This document shows, one piece after another, positions 59,701 to 64,000 of a stretch of 64,000 nt of DNA (positions within the stretch are counted from its first letter, which is position 1; each line of letters begins with the position of its first letter). Source of the DNA: Macrostomum lignano. Taxonomy: Eukaryota. Below the pieces are notes generated by a model. It searched no databases, was not told where the DNA came from, and saw only the letters and a list, made by a program, of their open reading frames with translations. Position numbers and translations under genes: made by a program. The stretch lies in assembly GCA_002269645.1 (NCBI GenBank), contig NIVC01001007.1, positions 1-64,000 of the forward strand, in the 5' to 3' direction.

Positions 59701-61167
59701 CCATTGAGTGTCATTTCTAAGCTCTCCATTTAATTCTATATATTGACAGCGACAGGGCTAGTTAGAGATGCTGAGAGTAGCGGGCTCTGCGTCATCTTTG
59801 CACCTGTGTATATCAGCCCCATTGAGTGTCATTTCTAAGCTCTCCATTTAATTCTATATATTGACAGCGACAGGGCTAGTTAGAGATGCTGAGAGTAGCG
59901 GGCTCTGCGTCATCTTTGCACCTGTGTATATCAGCCCCATTGAGTGTCATTTCTAAGCTCTCCATTTAATTCTATATATTGACAGCGACAGGGCTAGTTA
60001 GAGATGCTGAGAGTAGCGGGCTCTGCGTCATCTTTGCACCTGTGTATATCAGCCCCATTGAGTGTCATTTCTAAGCTCTCCATTTAATTCTATATATTGA
60101 CAGCGACAGGGCTAGTTAGAGATGCTGAGAGTAGCGGGCTCTGCGTCATCTTTGCACCTGTGTATATCAGCCCCATTGAGTGTCATTTCTAAGCTCTCCA
60201 TTTAATTCTATATATTGACAGCGACAGGGCTAGTTAGAGATGCTGAGAGTAGCGGGCTCTGCGTCATCTTTGCACCTGTGTATATCAGCCCCATTGAGTG
60301 TCATTTCTAAGCTCTCCATTTAATTCTATATATTGACAGCGACAGGGCTAGTTAGAGATGCTGAGAGTAGCGGGCTCTGCGTCATCTTTGCACCTGTGTA
60401 TATCAGCCCCATTGAGTGTCATTTCTAAGCTCTCCATTTAATTCTATATATTGACAGCGACAGGGCTAGTTAGAGATGCTGAGAGTAGCGGGCTCTGCGT
60501 CATCTTTGCACCTGTGTATATCAGCCCCATTGAGTGTCATTTCTAAGCTCTCCATTTAATTCTATATATTGACAGCGACAGGGCTAGTTAGAGATGCTGA
60601 GAGTAGCGGGCTCTGCGTCATCTTTGCACCTGTGTATATCAGCCCCATTGAGTGTCATTTCTAAGCTCTCCATTTAATTCTATATATTGACAGCGACAGG
60701 GCTAGTTAGAGATGCTGAGAGTAGCGGGCTCTGCGTCATCTTTGCACCTGTGTATATCAGCCCCATTGAGTGTCATTTCTAAGCTCTCCATTTAATTCTA
60801 TATATTGACAGCGACAGGGCTAGTTAGAGATGCTGAGAGTAGCGGGCTCTGCGTCATCTTTGCACCTGTGTATATCAGCCCCATTGAGTGTCATTTCTAA
60901 GCTCTCCATTTAATTCTATATATTGACAGCGACAGGGCTAGTTAGAGATGCTGAGAGTAGCGGGCTCTGCGTCATCTTTGCACCTGTGTATATCAGCCCC
61001 ATTGAGTGTCATTTCTAAGCTCTCCATTTAATTCTATATATTGACAGCGACAGGGCTAGTTAGAGATGCTGAGAGTAGCGGGCTCTGCGTCATCTTTGCA
61101 CCTGTGTATATCAGCCCCATTGAGTGTCATTTCTAAGCTCTCCATTTAATTCTATATATTGACAGCG
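41745..61167. repeat. 118-bp satellite, ~165 copies, nearly invariant
   Basis: Unit TTTGCACCTGTGTATATCAGCCCCATTGAGTGTCATTTCTAAGCTCTCCATTTAATTCTATATATTGACAGCGACAGGGCTAGTTAGAGATGCTGAGAGTAGCGGGCTCTGCGTCATC. 19423 bp / 118 = 164.6 units. The variants I saw were only near the left edge (T>C at ~41755; GGG>GG at ~41966 and ~42201). Confidence 0.98.
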
Positions 61168-62464
61168 CCGCTATAGTTTAAATCCATGTTTGAATTTACT
61201 GCGCTCGTACATTTTAACTTATACTTGATATTGACAGGTTAGCTCAGAAATATTTCGCCAGCTTCTTTAGTAATGGCTTTTTATCAAAATACAATTGGGC
61301 TTTGCTTTTACTTTTGGTTTGGTCACCTGCTGTGAGCGTTCCACTTTTTATCTATATATTGTTTTGTATTATGCACAGCGGTTTGTTTGGAGGTGTGTTT
61401 CGCGCTTTTCTCGATCTTTCCACTGTAGCTGGATTTTGAGTAAAGATAAGAATCGCAGTTCTCACGATTGCTTAAAAGCAAATACGTGCTCTGGGTATGC
61501 TCAAGATTGCGCAATGCTCGGTGACAGTGATGGGTGGTTCATGGTGGAAGACACCTATCTAAGCAAATTTGTTGCACCAAACTTATGATTGCGCCATTAT
61601 CGTAAAGAATAGTGTCAAGCAGTTCCAAATATGTAAAATTGTAAACTTTATTTAGTCACCAAAGAGAAATTTTATCTACTCTTTGATTTGTTGATGACTG
61701 ACTTCATCCTAATTTTTGAGCATATACGTCTTTTTCTTGCATATTTAATCTATTTCTCGAATTTCTATTTTGCATCATTCATTTAATTCCTATCCAATTC
61801 ATTGTGTGTCATTTATTTGTTATCCACTGCCCACTGTATATTGACAGCAGCGGATCTCACAGAGCTACTCAATGAATTGAAAATGCAGAAATAACTGAGT
61901 ATTCGAAACCCAAACTGGATTAGGGTCGATCAGTGAGTCTGGCTGTGAGGCTGTGAATGAGGCAGTGAATGAGGCTGTGAATGAGGCTGTGAATGTGAGT
62001 GGGGCATATTGTACCTAATGTATGTTTCATGCTGGTTAATGCGCATGTTTCATTTTGAATCAAAGTAATTTGGTGTCAAAATGAGTCACTACTGAAATGA
62101 AGCAGTCCACCCCTTCGAGTCTAAAAGCATAGTGGATTTGACACGTACTATGAACGTGAAATATTTTGACCACCCCATTCCGAACCAATGAAAATTAGAG
62201 TGAACTTGTTGATGTCAAACTGCCGCTTCATATAAAATGGGACTTCAGTTGGCCTTTCAAAAAGCCAGATTTCTATTTGTCAATTAATTTCATTTTTTCA
62301 ATAAATTAACCCAAATGTCCAAACAATTGGAGTTCATAAAACAGCTGATAAGCCGCAAAGGCAAATGCTATGACGTCGCTAAGCGGCAAAAGTCGTTTGA
62401 GAAAGAGCTCGCCGCGTCTGATCGATTCCAGTTAATGGTAAGTGAAGGTGAAGAGCAATATTTT

Positions 62465-63704
62465 TACCAATAACTGCCCTGTCTCTACCATTCTACCCTG
62501 TCTCTACCATTCTACCCTGTCTCTACCATTCTGCCCTGTCTCTACCATTCTACCCTGTCTCTACCATTCTGCCCTGTCTCTACCATTCTGCCCTTTCTCT
62601 ACCATTCTGCCCTGTCTCTACCATTCTACCCTTTCTCTACCATTCTGCCCTGTCTCTACCATTCTGCCCTGTCTCTACCATTCTACCCTTTCTCTACCAT
62701 TCTGCCCTGTCTCTACCATTCTACCCTGTCTCTACCATTCTGCCCTGTCTCTACCATTCTACCCTGTCTCTACCATTCTGCCCTGTCTCTACCATTCTAC
62801 CCTGTCTCTACCATTCTGCCCTGTCTCTACCATTCTGCCCTTTCTCTACCATTCTGCCCTGTCTCTATCATTCTGCCCTGTCTCTACCATTCTGCCCTGT
62901 CTCTACCATTCTGCCCTGTCTCTACCATTCTGCCCTGTCTCTACCATACTGCCCTGTCTCTACCATTCTGCCCTTTCTCTACCATTCTGCCCTGTCTCTA
63001 CCATTCTGCCCTGTCTCTACCATTCTGCCCTGTCTCTACCATTCTGCCCTGTCTCTACCATTCTGCCCTGTCTCTACCATTCTGCCCTGTCTCTACCATT
63101 CTGCCCTGTCTCTACCATACTGCCCTGTCTCTACCATTCTGCCCTTTCTCTACCATTCTGCCCTGTCTCTACCATTCTGCCCTGTCTCTACCATTCTGCC
63201 CTGTCTCTACCATTCTGCCCTGTCTCTACCATTCTGCCCTGTCTCTACCATTCTGCCCTGTCTCTACCATACTGCCCTGTTTCTACCATACTGCCCTGTC
63301 TCTACCATTCTGCCCTGTCTCTACCATTCTGCCCTTTCTCTACCATTCTGCCCTGTCTCTACCATTCTGCCCTGTCTCTACCATTCTGCCCTGTCTCTAC
63401 CATTCTGCCCTGTCTCTACCATTCTGCCCTTTCTCTACCAATAACTGCCCTGTCTCTACCATTCTGCCCTGTCTCTACCAATAACTGCCCTGTCTCTACC
63501 ATTCTGCCCTATCTCTACCATTCTGCCCTGTCTCTACCATTCTGCCCTGTCTCTACCATTCTGCCCTGTCTCTACCATTCTGCCCTTTCTCTACCAATAA
63601 CTGCCCTGTCTCTACCATTCTGCCCTGTCTCTACCAATAACTGCCCTGTCTCTACCAATAACTGCCCTGTCTCTACCATTCTGCCCTGTCTCTACCAATA
63701 ACTG
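62465..63704. repeat. 19-bp minisatellite, ~65 copies (CTGCCCTGTCTCTACCATT), with 21-bp ...ACCAATAA variants at the edges
   Basis: Direct period count; the 419-aa ORF over it is a repeat artefact. Confidence 0.96.
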
Positions 63705-64000
63705 CAATTTCTCTACTCAGACCGATGCGTCACAGCCCGGATCAGCTGAGCAGCCGCCCACCGCAGCCCAGCAGCCGCCCGGCCCAGCTGAGCGGCCCAA
63801 GTCGCATGCCGGCAGGAGTACATTTGCCCATTCGGTGACTGCCTACCAATGCACTATTTCAACATGCTAATATAACTATTTTCTAACATGTGAAACATGT
63901 AAAGATAATATAATATTTGAAAACTTATTAATTATAACTAAAATTCGTATGCACATAAAATATAATTATAAAATTTGCAAGTAAATAATATATATAACTA

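Noticed and set aside
41745-61167. CRISPR array, 5S rRNA or small-RNA gene cluster
   Set aside because: Units are identical end to end with no spacers, there are no cas genes, the context is eukaryotic, and I see no similarity to 5S/tRNA/snRNA motifs.
62442-63701. 419-aa ORF
   Set aside because: It is a translation of a stop-free 19-bp tandem repeat.

Overview
Eukaryotic (animal) genomic DNA with short GT-AG introns and many minisatellites. The style resembles a repeat-rich invertebrate such as the flatworm Macrostomum, but this is an unverified impression. (1) Three paralogs of an ankyrin-repeat plus Mab-21/cGAS-like nucleotidyltransferase (cGLR-type) gene. The copy at 27863-31467 splices into an uninterrupted 1013-aa ORF. 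The copy at 1-4765 has 5' frameshifts and a catalytic D>N change. The copy at ~11475-12942 is 5'-truncated and chimeric. The paralogs are near-identical except for sharply bounded variable blocks and variable positions in 33-aa repeats, so this is the best candidate for a diversifying innate-immune sensor family. (2) A compact 3-exon full-length ABCA transporter (33385-39246) with one frameshift. (3) A frameshifted C2H2-zinc-finger plus KMT5A/PR-Set7-like SET gene and a second zinc-finger relic. (4) A non-autonomous P-superfamily (THAP) transposon with ~45-bp TIRs and a perfect 8-bp TSD, whose THAP 'AVPxIF' codons have been amplified into a 1.2-kb minisatellite. (5) About 15 tandem arrays, including a nearly invariant 118-bp satellite of ~165 copies (41745-61167). 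I found no rRNA, tRNA or CRISPR array. All analyses are manual readings; no database searches were run.
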